DNA from: an uncultured Acidobacteriota bacterium
Lineage (GTDB): Bacteria > Acidobacteriota > Vicinamibacteria > Vicinamibacterales > UBA8438
Assembly (NCBI GenBank): GCA_913043225.1
Contig: CAJWLU010000002.1
Location: 91,457 to 155,456 of the forward strand
Length of the DNA stretch: 64,000 bases
Direction of reading: 5' to 3'
Shown here: piece after piece, positions 55,944 to 64,000 of the stretch
How positions within the stretch are numbered: position 1 is the stretch's first letter
Layout: each line of letters opens with the position of its first letter
Notes under the pieces: generated by a model
Seen by the model: the letters and a program-made list of their open reading frames with translations, nothing else
Database searches by the model: none
Told to the model about the DNA's origin: nothing
Position numbers and translations under genes: made by a program

Positions 55944-58898
55944 ATGCCCACCCCAGCCACCATCAGTCGCTTCGAGGTTAAGAGAGAACTCGGCCACGGC
56001 GGAATGGGGCTGTTGTACCTCGCGCTCGACCCGGTGATCGACCGCCTGGTCGCAGTGAAGTTACTTCGCGTCGATACCGAAGAAATGAGGGCTCGCTTCC
56101 TCCGGGAGGCTCGCACCGCAGGTCGCCTTCAGCACAAGAACATCGTCACTATCTATGACGTCGGTATCCACGACGATCAACCGTTCATTGCTATGGAGTA
56201 CATCAAGGGCGAAACACTGTCCGAGATCTTCTCCAGGAAAGCTACATTCTCTGTCGACCAGAAGCTCGAGTTGCTGGAACAGCTGTGTGACGGTCTTGCC
56301 TGTGCGCACGACGCAGGCCTGATTCACCGAGACATCAAGCCTGCCAACCTGATGGTTGCCGAGGGCTCTAATGAACTCAAGATTCTGGACTTCGGGATCG
56401 CGCGTTCAACCGATTTGTCGGGTTTCACTCAGACTGGAGCCATCATCGGGACACCGAACTACATGTCCCCGGAACAAGCGCAAGGACGCCCGGTTGATTA
56501 CAAGAGCGACATTTTCTCTGTAGGCGCTGTCGTATACGAGTTTCTGACCTATCGACGGGCGTTCCCTGGGCGAGGTCTTCGTGCCGTGATCGACGAGGTG
56601 CCTCGTCCAGTCGCCGAGGTTGTCCCTTCTCTTCCATCTGTTCTGGATGACATCGTTAATAGCGCTTTAACCAAATCGCCAGATGACCGATGCCAGTCGC
56701 TCAGAGTCATCGCGTCTCGACTCGCCAGTGTCCGGAAGAATCCGGGTACTCATGTGGGTTCAGCCGTCACCATACAGAGCGAGGATGCACTGGCGGCCAG
56801 TCGTATTGCTGCCGAAGACGCTACAGAATTCGAGAAGCTGTTCTTGGCCGCCAGCGAAAACTTCCGAGAGGAGAACCTCGAGAAGGCGCTCATTCTCGTC
56901 AATGAAGCCCTCGACATCACTCCCAGCAAGAAGTGCGCCTCCCTGAAGGCGCAGATTCTTGACGTTCTTGATGCTCGCGACAAGGAACGTGGTCGGCGTG
57001 GCTCTATTCATCGTGGCCTGCAAGCCGGGCGAGACCATCTCCGCAAGGGTGCTGTCGAAGCTGCCCTGAGAGCCGCCGATGAGGTTCTGGCTTACGACGA
57101 AGACAACCGAGACGCCCTCAAACTTAAAGAGGACGCACAGCGCCTCTCCAGCGAGAAGGACGCCGCTAAGCAGGACACCACCGTCGTCGCACTTGATGAC
57201 CTGTCGGGCCGGACAGTCGACGTACGTCAAGCACCGACCGCTCGCAAGAGACCCATGCGCTCGTGGGTTGCCGCGTCGGCTATTGGAGCGGTCGTTCTTG
57301 TAGTGTTTGTGCTTCAGTTCAATGCTTCTCGTACGGAGGAGCAACGGATTCAGGAAGCCCTGACTCTGTATTCTTCTGGGCAGCGTGATGAGGCGTTATC
57401 TCTGCTGGAGGACTTGCCATCGCCGAGCGAGGCGGAAGCCGAAGCACTCGACACACTAAGGTCGCGTTTGGTGAGCGAGGCCGCCGATTTCGTTGAGCAA
57501 GCTACAGTTCTCGTAGGTCAGGGCTTACCCGAAGCGGCGCTTGAACTGCTGCGGTCGTTTTCTCCGCCTGACGAAGGTGTCACGGCGCTGCTCAGAGAGA
57601 TCGAGGCGGCTGGCTCGGGCGATTCACTCGAATTGATCGGTCAGGCTCAAGACCTCTACGGGCAGGGTTTGCGACAAGACGCTTTCGATCTGCTCGCCAC
57701 CGGCGACGCGAGTGCTTCAGCCGTTCAGGAGACCCTGGCGGAATTGACGGCGCGGTGGGAAGACGACAGTAGGACGCTAACGCAAGAAGCACGATCTGCG
57801 GCAGACGAAGGCAATCTCGAAGAAGCCATTGCTCTGCTCGAGTCATTCTCCCCGTCAGACGACACCATTAGAGCTGCTCTCGAGGACTTCCGAGGACGAC
57901 TTGGAACAATCGAAGCGGCGAGGGCAGCGAGTGAGCGAAGTAATCAATTGTTCGTCGCCGGACAACGTGTCGAGGCACTACGAATACTCGACGAGTTTTC
58001 TCCTGCGACTGAGCTGATCTCCGAAGAACGACGCCGATTACAGGACGCACTCGTTAGCTTAGCGACCGCCAGGATTGACGAGGCGCGTCAACTGGCAGTT
58101 CGTGGCAGTTTGGACGAAGCCGTGACCTTACTTGGACGGTTCGAGCCACGAACCGAGGCAGTTGCAGAGGCCCTGAGCGAGCTCAGCAGTGAACTGAACA
58201 GACAGGTCCTTGCCGCGGCCACCGTTGCTGATGCTCAACAGCTGGCCGCTGAAGGCAATTGGGATCAGGCGTTTGCGCGGTTTGAAGAGGTCGAGAGGAG
58301 CCAATCTACAGAGGCCGCTCTCGATTCGCTTCGCCGGGAGTGGAACCTGGAAGCGACCGCCGTCGCTGCGGATGCTCAGGCACTGGCCGATTCAGGTGAC
58401 TTGGCTGGTGCACTCCGGACATTGGCTCAGTTCAGGGGAGGGCACCCGGCGATAACTGTAGCCGAGAACCGACTAGCGGCACTGGTGAATGCTCCCGCGC
58501 CGGAAGCTGTCGAGGCCGCACCAGCAGCCAGTGATCCGACCTTGAATCTCGAAGCGCGTCTGTTGGCGCTATCGGACCAATCCGAGGACATCGTCTCTCG
58601 TTTCATCGAGCTATATGAAGACCTTGACGCCGAGGGTATGACAAGCGTCTGGCGGACGGCTACCGAGAGCGACTTGGCGCCCCTGGCTGAGACTTTCAGA
58701 AACTTCAGGTCGGCAGAGATCCAGTATCGTGACTGCGATCCTGAACTACGCAACGACACGAGTGCGGTTGTCTATTGCTCTGTAGCGGTTGAATACCAGC
58801 CGGTTGCCGGAGCTAGGCTACAGGTGCCGGCCGTCGGCTGGCAGTTTGAGTTGCGGTGGGAGAATGAAGAGTGGCGACTCGTCAACTGGAGCCGTTGA
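55944..58898 (+). CDS. Hanks-type Ser/Thr protein kinase with one TM helix, 8 extracytoplasmic helical repeats and a C-terminal NTF2-like domain
   Basis: GHGGMGLLYLA...VAVK, HRDIKPANL, DFGIAR and GTPNYMSPE. The TM helix is at aa 439-459, the repeats at aa 467-847, and the SnoaL/NTF2-like tail at aa 880-984. Confidence 0.9.
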   Translation: MPTPATISRFEVKRELGHGGMGLLYLALDPVIDRLVAVKLLRVDTEEMRARFLREARTAGRLQHKNIVTIYDVGIHDDQPFIAMEYIKGETLSEIFSRKATFSVDQKLELLEQLCDGLACAHDAGLIHRDIKPANLMVAEGSNELKILDFGIARSTDLSGFTQTGAIIGTPNYMSPEQAQGRPVDYKSDIFSVGAVVYEFLTYRRAFPGRGLRAVIDEVPRPVAEVVPSLPSVLDDIVNSALTKSPDDRCQSLRVIASRLASVRKNPGTHVGSAVTIQSEDALAASRIAAEDATEFEKLFLAASENFREENLEKALILVNEALDITPSKKCASLKAQILDVLDARDKERGRRGSIHRGLQAGRDHLRKGAVEAALRAADEVLAYDEDNRDALKLKEDAQRLSSEKDAAKQDTTVVALDDLSGRTVDVRQAPTARKRPMRSWVAASAIGAVVLVVFVLQFNASRTEEQRIQEALTLYSSGQRDEALSLLEDLPSPSEAEAEALDTLRSRLVSEAADFVEQATVLVGQGLPEAALELLRSFSPPDEGVTALLREIEAAGSGDSLELIGQAQDLYGQGLRQDAFDLLATGDASASAVQETLAELTARWEDDSRTLTQEARSAADEGNLEEAIALLESFSPSDDTIRAALEDFRGRLGTIEAARAASERSNQLFVAGQRVEALRILDEFSPATELISEERRRLQDALVSLATARIDEARQLAVRGSLDEAVTLLGRFEPRTEAVAEALSELSSELNRQVLAAATVADAQQLAAEGNWDQAFARFEEVERSQSTEAALDSLRREWNLEATAVAADAQALADSGDLAGALRTLAQFRGGHPAITVAENRLAALVNAPAPEAVEAAPAASDPTLNLEARLLALSDQSEDIVSRFIELYEDLDAEGMTSVWRTATESDLAPLAETFRNFRSAEIQYRDCDPELRNDTSAVVYCSVAVEYQPVAGARLQVPAVGWQFELRWENEEWRLVNWSR

Positions 58899-58916
58899 TG
58901 CTTGTCAACCCTGCAT

Positions 58917-58935
58917 AGTGAGAGACCGTCTCACT
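58917..58935. terminator. 7-bp hairpin between convergent genes (AGTGAGA-gaccg-TCTCACT)
   Basis: Read directly from the sequence. It has no U-tract and overlaps the stop codon of the minus-strand gene. Confidence 0.3.
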
Positions 58936-60167
58936 TAGAGGGTCCAGTTGAAGCCAACGAGAGGCGTCAGCGTGTCCTTCAGACCAGTGTCAGCTTGTGC
59001 CATCCTGAGGCCAAACGACACAATCCTGTTACCACCGATGTTCCATTTGATGCCAGGCACAAAAACTATCTTTCGCAAGCGCCCAGACGTCACCTGAAGT
59101 AGGTTGACGCCATCGATGCCAAGTTCCGGAGACAATTCCGTGTCAAATGACACCGAATTCAGTCGGCCGGCATTGCGAACATGGCGGCCCATCGTCTCAA
59201 CCATAACGGTGAACGTTGGGTGAAGCTCAAATTCAACAGCTGCGCCGTAGTGTACTTGGTCAGACAGACCCCAGATTTGATCTGTGGGGCCGGGCTGATT
59301 ATTGGAGAGCGCAACGCTCTTGTCCCAAAATTCATAGCCCCCGTTAGCGTGAATGGCGAGCCTCCCAATTGAGGTGGAAGCAATGGCTCCAACCATTGTC
59401 CGCCAAACACCGAGGCCGAGTAGATTGTCTTGATCGCCAGTAGGAAGGCGGAGGCTGAACATTGCCGCAAGACTCGTTTGCTTACTGGTGCTTGACCAAA
59501 ATCTGTACTTGCCCAGCACTGCAGTATCGCCAAAGCCTGTTGATGAACCGTTCGCTAGCAAGATGGCAGAACCGATGCCAGGTTCAACCTGGGTCATTGC
59601 AGCGTCGATGCTAAGGCGAACTAGTGGTACCCCGATGGCCAAGTCGAGGTTGTCGGTGACGCCCATGCTGGCGAATAAGGCCGCAGTTTGAGAGCGAATC
59701 CGCAAGTTGAGGGTAGATGAGGAAATGAAAGGTTGCGGACCCCTGAATGTTGCGACGCGAAGATTGTTGAGAGGGAGACCAGACAACGTGTCATAAGTCG
59801 CATCGAAGACGTTCAGGCCAAAGCTCGTTGTACCGCGACCCGTAGTTAAGGCTCTTTCGATGAACTGTGGGCCAAAGGTGCCCGAGCGACGTAGAGGAGC
59901 CCCCACGCCTTCGTCGTACGCGTAGACAAATCCCCCTGAAGGAGAACCTAGCGGTGCAGTAGCGACCTCAAGACCAGTCAGGACAGAGATGACGTCACCG
60001 ATGGCTGGATTTCCAGAGGGAACCGTAACCTCACTTACAACTTGACTAAGTGAATCAGTATCAAGAGGTCCGAGCACGGTGTTTTGTTGCCCGTGAACGA
60101 GCAAAGGGAAAGCAACTAGTGCTGCAATGAATGACAGCAAAGCACGTGCTGAAGGATGTGTCCGCAT
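58935..60167 (-). CDS. Outer-membrane beta-barrel protein (MetA-pathway/transporter-like family)
   Basis: Signal peptide ending in LLVHGQQ, an alternating amphipathic beta-strand pattern, and STGFGDTAVLGKYRF, which is typical of this barrel family. Confidence 0.7.
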   Translation of the reverse strand: MRTHPSARALLSFIAALVAFPLLVHGQQNTVLGPLDTDSLSQVVSEVTVPSGNPAIGDVISVLTGLEVATAPLGSPSGGFVYAYDEGVGAPLRRSGTFGPQFIERALTTGRGTTSFGLNVFDATYDTLSGLPLNNLRVATFRGPQPFISSSTLNLRIRSQTAALFASMGVTDNLDLAIGVPLVRLSIDAAMTQVEPGIGSAILLANGSSTGFGDTAVLGKYRFWSSTSKQTSLAAMFSLRLPTGDQDNLLGLGVWRTMVGAIASTSIGRLAIHANGGYEFWDKSVALSNNQPGPTDQIWGLSDQVHYGAAVEFELHPTFTVMVETMGRHVRNAGRLNSVSFDTELSPELGIDGVNLLQVTSGRLRKIVFVPGIKWNIGGNRIVSFGLRMAQADTGLKDTLTPLVGFNWTL

Positions 60168-60168
60168 C

Positions 60169-61785
60169 TTACTCTCCGGTTGGCCTGAATTCAGCAGTGC
60201 AGGAACGAGATGTAGTCATTTCAATGGTAGCTTTGGAGCCCCGTCCCGCGTTGCTGCAGTCTCCTGTCCACCCGAACAAGAATGAAGCGCTGTCCTCTGG
60301 CACCGCCTCCAGTATGACTGTCGTGCCGTCGGCGTATGATTCGCTGCAATCGGAGGGGCAGTCGATTCCTGAGTCGGTGGTGGAACGTACTGTTCCAGAG
60401 CCTGAGCCAGTGATGTCGACAGTCAGCGCAAACTGCGTCAAATCAAATACCGCGGTGCAGCTACGCGCTTGGCTCATGGTGACAGTGGCTGTGTCCCCGC
60501 TAGCAGTGCAGTCTCCGGTCCAGCCAGTAAACGTGGACGCATTCGCTGGGTCAGCGACAAGGGTTACAGTGGTGCCGGCCGAGTAATCCTGGCTGCAGGT
60601 CGAAGAACAGCTGGTCGTATTCTGGCCGTCGGCCAACGTTACGGTCCCGGATCCAGATCCAGCTATGGTCAGACTGAGCGTAACGTCGGCTTCGTCGAAG
60701 GTCGCGGTGCAACTGCGCGCCGCGCTCATGGTGACGGTGGCTGTGTCCCCGCTAGCAGTGCAGTCCCCGGTCCAGCCAGTAAACGTGGATGCATTCGCTG
60801 GGTCAGCGACCAGGGTTACCGTGGTGCCGACCGAGTAATCCTGACTGCAGGTCGAAGAACAGCTCGTTGTATTGCTGCCATCATCCAACGTTACCGATCC
60901 GGTCCCGGAGCCAGCGATTTCGAGACTGAGCGTAACGTCGGCGTCGAACCGCGCCGTGCAGCTCCGCGCGGCTCCCAGCGTTACGGTGGTGGTTGACGCG
61001 CCACCATCGCAATCACCGCTCCAGCCGGTAAAGACCGAGCCGTTGGTGGCCGTGGCCGTCAGTGTGACCTCGGTCTCGTCGCGGTAATACTGACCACAGT
61101 CGGTCTCAAGTCCAGCAGAGCAGTCAATGCCCTCAGGGCTTGAAGTGACGACACCGGTTCCTTCACCCGTTACGCTAACAGTGAACTCGAAGAACTCCGC
61201 CGCTGGTCCGTCTAGCCGGTCACCCACTGAGGTGCTGGTCAAAGCAACCGCAGTGAATTCCAGTTGCGTGCCGGGACACCGTGCGCGAAATGCCCCAGCC
61301 GTCCAATTCAGGCCTGAAACCGCGATGCGGCCGGAGAACTCCCGGCTCGCCTCACAGCCACCGCGAGTTTCAGTGATCACGCCATCGAAATATCCGGACC
61401 GACCGCCAGTTAGAGTTCCTCTGATCCGACCACTTCTGGGGGGACTCGTGCGAAGCTCCCAGCTTCCATCGACCGTACTGGATTCCTGAGCAAAAAGAGT
61501 GGCCACGAATTGAGGCCGTTTACTGGACGCCTCCAAGCTCAGGCCACGGATGACCAGAGTAAGGTCCATCAACACGGGGGGGGGGAGAACAACTTCACCA
61601 GAAAATTGACGCTGCAGGTCTTCCGGCAGGGCAGATGTAGGTACGTCCGTTGGCCCAAAGGGAGCACCTCCGCAGGCAAACACGCCGAGACCAAGAACCG
61701 TTCCCACGACGAGAACGACGGTGGAGATAGTCGAGTGAAGAGAGCGGCGTTTGCCACGATCGGACCGTCGGCCGATGAGTGTCAT
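60169..61785 (-). CDS. Lipoprotein with four tandem InlB-B-repeat-like (Cys-containing beta) domains
   Basis: Lipobox LGVFACGG, followed by 4 units of about 84 aa of the type GSGSGTV...C...C...Y..GT.VTL.A.P...S.F.GW.GDC......T.TM...RSCTA.F. The stop lies 1 nt from the start of the barrel gene. Confidence 0.75.
   Translation of the reverse strand: MTLIGRRSDRGKRRSLHSTISTVVLVVGTVLGLGVFACGGAPFGPTDVPTSALPEDLQRQFSGEVVLPPPVLMDLTLVIRGLSLEASSKRPQFVATLFAQESSTVDGSWELRTSPPRSGRIRGTLTGGRSGYFDGVITETRGGCEASREFSGRIAVSGLNWTAGAFRARCPGTQLEFTAVALTSTSVGDRLDGPAAEFFEFTVSVTGEGTGVVTSSPEGIDCSAGLETDCGQYYRDETEVTLTATATNGSVFTGWSGDCDGGASTTTVTLGAARSCTARFDADVTLSLEIAGSGTGSVTLDDGSNTTSCSSTCSQDYSVGTTVTLVADPANASTFTGWTGDCTASGDTATVTMSAARSCTATFDEADVTLSLTIAGSGSGTVTLADGQNTTSCSSTCSQDYSAGTTVTLVADPANASTFTGWTGDCTASGDTATVTMSQARSCTAVFDLTQFALTVDITGSGSGTVRSTTDSGIDCPSDCSESYADGTTVILEAVPEDSASFLFGWTGDCSNAGRGSKATIEMTTSRSCTAEFRPTGE
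60187..61197 (-). repeat. Four tandem coding repeats with a 252-bp period; the two central copies are near-identical
   Basis: Copy 60472-60723 versus copy 60724-60975 aligns without gaps. Only scattered substitutions occur in the first ~150 nt, and the rest is more diverged. Confidence 0.8.
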
Positions 61786-62047
61786 CTAACCAAATACTCC
61801 ACGTCGCTCTGCCGCATCGCACCGCCACAAGGGTTGGCAGATACCGACTGGAAGCACCCCGGTTTGGTTAAATCAATCTTGAGCAACGGGTGGCATTGTA
61901 TGCTCGATCGCATACGGCAATGGTCGACCCGAGAGCAATCTATCTAGATCGTGCTTCGAGCCCAGTCCTTCCCAGCACACGCCCCGTCCTAAAGTCTACG
62001 GGCTTCCGTCTCTCGCCTCGGCTTCGAACGCCAGAAGGAGCGTCCAC

Positions 62048-62629
62048 TCAGTGGCTGGCGCGCGCTAAGGGTAAGTGCCGGAAGCAACTGGCGACATGGT
62101 CGTTGACCATTCCGGTGGCCTGCATGAACGCGTAGCAGATGGTGGGGCCAACGAAACGGAAGCCGCGCTGCTTGAGGTCCTTGCTCATCGCCTGTGACTG
62201 CACGGTTTCCGTTGGCACCTGCGTCAGGTCCGTCCACTGATTCTGCTTCGTCCGGCGGTTGACGAACTGCCAGATGTAGTGATCGAAGCTGCCATGCTCT
62301 GCCTGCACGTCGAGGAATGCCCTGGCGTTGTCGACGGCGGCGCCAATTTTGAGGCGGTTCCGGATGATGCTTTCGTCCTGCATCAGGCGTGTCTGATGCG
62401 ATCTGTCGAAGCGGGCTACCTTGGCCGGATCGAAGCTGGCGAATGCCCTGCGGTAGCCTTCGCGCTTGCGCAGGATCGTAATCCAAGCCAGGCCGGCCTG
62501 GGCGCCCTCGAGCAGCAGGAACTCGAAGAACCGCTGGTCGTCGTGGAGCGGAACGCCCCATTCCTCGTCGTGATACGCCTGGTAGAGCGGGTCGTCGCTG
62601 GCCCAAGCGCAGCGGGTTGGTGCCTTCAC
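62048..62629 (-). CDS. tag: DNA-3-methyladenine glycosylase I
   Basis: RCAWASDDPLYQAYHDEEWGVPLHDD and the rest of the Tag fold. Confidence 0.9.
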   Translation of the reverse strand: MKAPTRCAWASDDPLYQAYHDEEWGVPLHDDQRFFEFLLLEGAQAGLAWITILRKREGYRRAFASFDPAKVARFDRSHQTRLMQDESIIRNRLKIGAAVDNARAFLDVQAEHGSFDHYIWQFVNRRTKQNQWTDLTQVPTETVQSQAMSKDLKQRGFRFVGPTICYAFMQATGMVNDHVASCFRHLPLARASH

Positions 62630-63420
62630 TGGTTCATCCGCTGCCTGGCCTGTTCCACCTCGCGATGGAATGAGAACAGCGCGTCGGCGGTGTCCTGGTC
62701 GTCGGTGAAGTTGTAGGTCCGCCCATCCCGCTCCTTGATGGTCAGCGTGTGCTCCAGATAGTCGAGCTCGTGGATCTCGATGGCGTCAAATGACAGCGAG
62801 AATGCGTCGTCGTCGTCCGTTTCGTACCGGATGCCGTCGAGGTCGGCGTGCAGGGTCCCTTTGCAGTCGCCGAACCGATGTTTATGGGTGACCGGCACCG
62901 ACATGTCGAGACGGACTTCCCGGAACCGGATGTCGAGCGAGACTAAGTCGTGGCCGATGTCGACCGTTTCGACGAACCCTTCGTATCCCTCGGCCGACAC
63001 GTTTACACGATGGGGTCCGGGACGGAGGTCGGCCGTTTCGAAGGGCGTGGTACCTAGATACTTACGGTCGACGAACACCGACGCGCCAGGGATATCACTC
63101 ACTACCCGGAGCATGGGTGGGAGCGCGACGCCGGGAACCTCGACCTCTGTAACAATTTCCTCTGGTTCCGGTTCTGGCTCAGGGGTGGGGTCGGGCTCCG
63201 GGATCGCCTCCGCCGGTTCGCCGGCTGGCTCTGGTTCTGGCGTGGCCGCCGGCGCTGATGGGCTCGCCTGACGGGGTACGGCTGGTTCCTCCTCTGCCGG
63301 CATCGTCAGGTAGACAGCGGCCACGCAGCCGATGACGAGCAGGCCGATGAGAACGTAGCGTCCGGCGTAGGAGTCCTTGTCTTCCGGCTCCGGCTCCGTC
63401 TGGTGCTCTAAAAGTGACAT
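62626..63420 (-). CDS. PEGA-domain membrane-anchored protein
   Basis: TM helix YVLIGLLVIGCVAAVYL, a Pro/Glu-rich linker, and the PEGA module VVSDIPGASVFVDRKYLGTTPFE...GPHRVNVSAEGY. The ORF track extends to 63627. Confidence 0.7.
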   Translation of the reverse strand: MSLLEHQTEPEPEDKDSYAGRYVLIGLLVIGCVAAVYLTMPAEEEPAVPRQASPSAPAATPEPEPAGEPAEAIPEPDPTPEPEPEPEEIVTEVEVPGVALPPMLRVVSDIPGASVFVDRKYLGTTPFETADLRPGPHRVNVSAEGYEGFVETVDIGHDLVSLDIRFREVRLDMSVPVTHKHRFGDCKGTLHADLDGIRYETDDDDAFSLSFDAIEIHELDYLEHTLTIKERDGRTYNFTDDQDTADALFSFHREVEQARQRMNQ

Positions 63421-63454
63421 CCTTATGATTCTACGGGAGACAGGAGCACTGGGA

Positions 63455-64000
63455 ATGAAACACCGCTTATGGCGGCTACTGCTTGGATTGCTCTGCGCGA
63501 CGCCGACGGCAGCGCAGGAGCCCTTTGTCGCCACCTTGCCTGTCGAGGAGATGCGTGAGAAGCAGCTCGTTGTCGAGACAACAGAGGGCACGGTGGTGAT
63601 CGATCTGCTGGCCGATGCGGCGCCCAATCATGTGGGCCTGATCATGCAGCAGGCGACCGAAGGGGTGTTCGACGGGACGAGCTTCCATCGTATGGTGCTG
63701 CGCGGCATCGTCCAGGGAGGCGACCCCAACACCAAGGACGCGTCGGCTCCAGACCAGTACGGACGCGGGGGACTGGGACTGGTGGCGGCCGAGCCGAGCG
63801 GCGAGACGCACAGCGCTGGCACCGTCTCGGCCATTACGGTGGCCGGGGATCCGGACAGCGGCGGCACGCAGTTCCTGATCTGTGTGGTCGATCAGCCTGG
63901 GCTCGACGGCCAGTACACGATCTGGGGTCGGGTGGTCGCAGGGCTTCCGGTGATCGCGCGCATTTCGGAAACACCGGTCGATGCGAACGGCAATGCGACT
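63455..64000 (+). CDS. Exported cyclophilin-type peptidyl-prolyl isomerase (3-prime partial, runs off the window)
   Basis: Hand translation from ATG 63455 (AGGAG SD 8 nt upstream): MKHRLWRLLLGLLCATPTAAQ...FHRMVLRGIVQGGDP...GGTQFLI. It is absent from the ORF track because no stop falls within the window. Confidence 0.8.
   Translation, partial: MKHRLWRLLLGLLCATPTAAQEPFVATLPVEEMREKQLVVETTEGTVVIDLLADAAPNHVGLIMQQATEGVFDGTSFHRMVLRGIVQGGDPNTKDASAPDQYGRGGLGLVAAEPSGETHSAGTVSAITVAGDPDSGGTQFLICVVDQPGLDGQYTIWGRVVAGLPVIARISETPVDANGNAT

Noticed and set aside
61890-61925. An inverted repeat, GTATGC-tcgatc-GCATAC, lies about 120 nt upstream of the repeat-lipoprotein gene. It was considered as a possible operator.
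   Set aside because: The arms are only 6 bp with a non-symmetric spacer, there is no adjacent regulator gene, and it occurs only once.

Overview
This is a 64-kb chromosomal segment from a high-GC bacterium. Hand counts on single 60-nt lines give about 63-72% GC in core genes. The gene content (an Acidobacteria-type VWFA protein, exported CarboxypepD_reg+TPR proteins, hpnCDE, PEGA, DUF1684, many lipoproteins) suggests an Acidobacteriota/Gemmatimonadota-like soil lineage; this is inference only. I call about 56 protein genes, one tRNA-Glu(CUC), and several promoter, operator and terminator candidates. I saw no rRNA, CRISPR array, transposase or integrase. Most long ORFs on the opposite strand of these genes are high-GC shadow ORFs. 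Main blocks, left to right: (1) a MutY-like gene and pduO; (2) hpnC-hpnD-hpnE-thiI; (3) NUDIX, DUF218 and def; (4) a double-length ThyX-like gene; (5) an MBL hydrolase and a purine permease; (6) an accessory locus at 12-19.5 kb with two DegT aminotransferases bracketing a rhodanese, a repeat protein, a dikinase-like phosphohistidine enzyme and a CysC-like kinase; (7) a nine-gene minus-strand fatty-acid beta-oxidation operon (19.8-29.5 kb) headed by a TetR regulator with a Bacillus FadR-box-like palindrome; (8) tandem CarboxypepD_reg+TPR paralogs; (9) a beta-lactamase-fold/NamZ fusion; (10) a GGDEF protein; (11) DUF420, ctaB and a cupredoxin lipoprotein; (12) an M23 peptidase; (13) tRNA-Glu followed by a lower-GC metal-handling cluster (P1B ATPase, two beta-propellers, a MerC-like protein, a small CxxCH protein); (14) a VWA-HD-GGT operon; (15) sahR-like regulator and metH; (16) yjbQ and a GNAT gene; (17) a second lower-GC block (Ser/Thr kinase with 8 extracytoplasmic repeats, an outer-membrane barrel, a lipoprotein with 252-bp tandem repeats); (18) tag, a PEGA protein and a cyclophilin. 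The most promising candidate for undescribed biology is the dikinase-like + CysC-like kinase pair. It resembles the core of the Campylobacter phosphoramidate pathway but lacks the other two enzymes in this window. All functional calls rest on motif recognition by eye; no database search was run.
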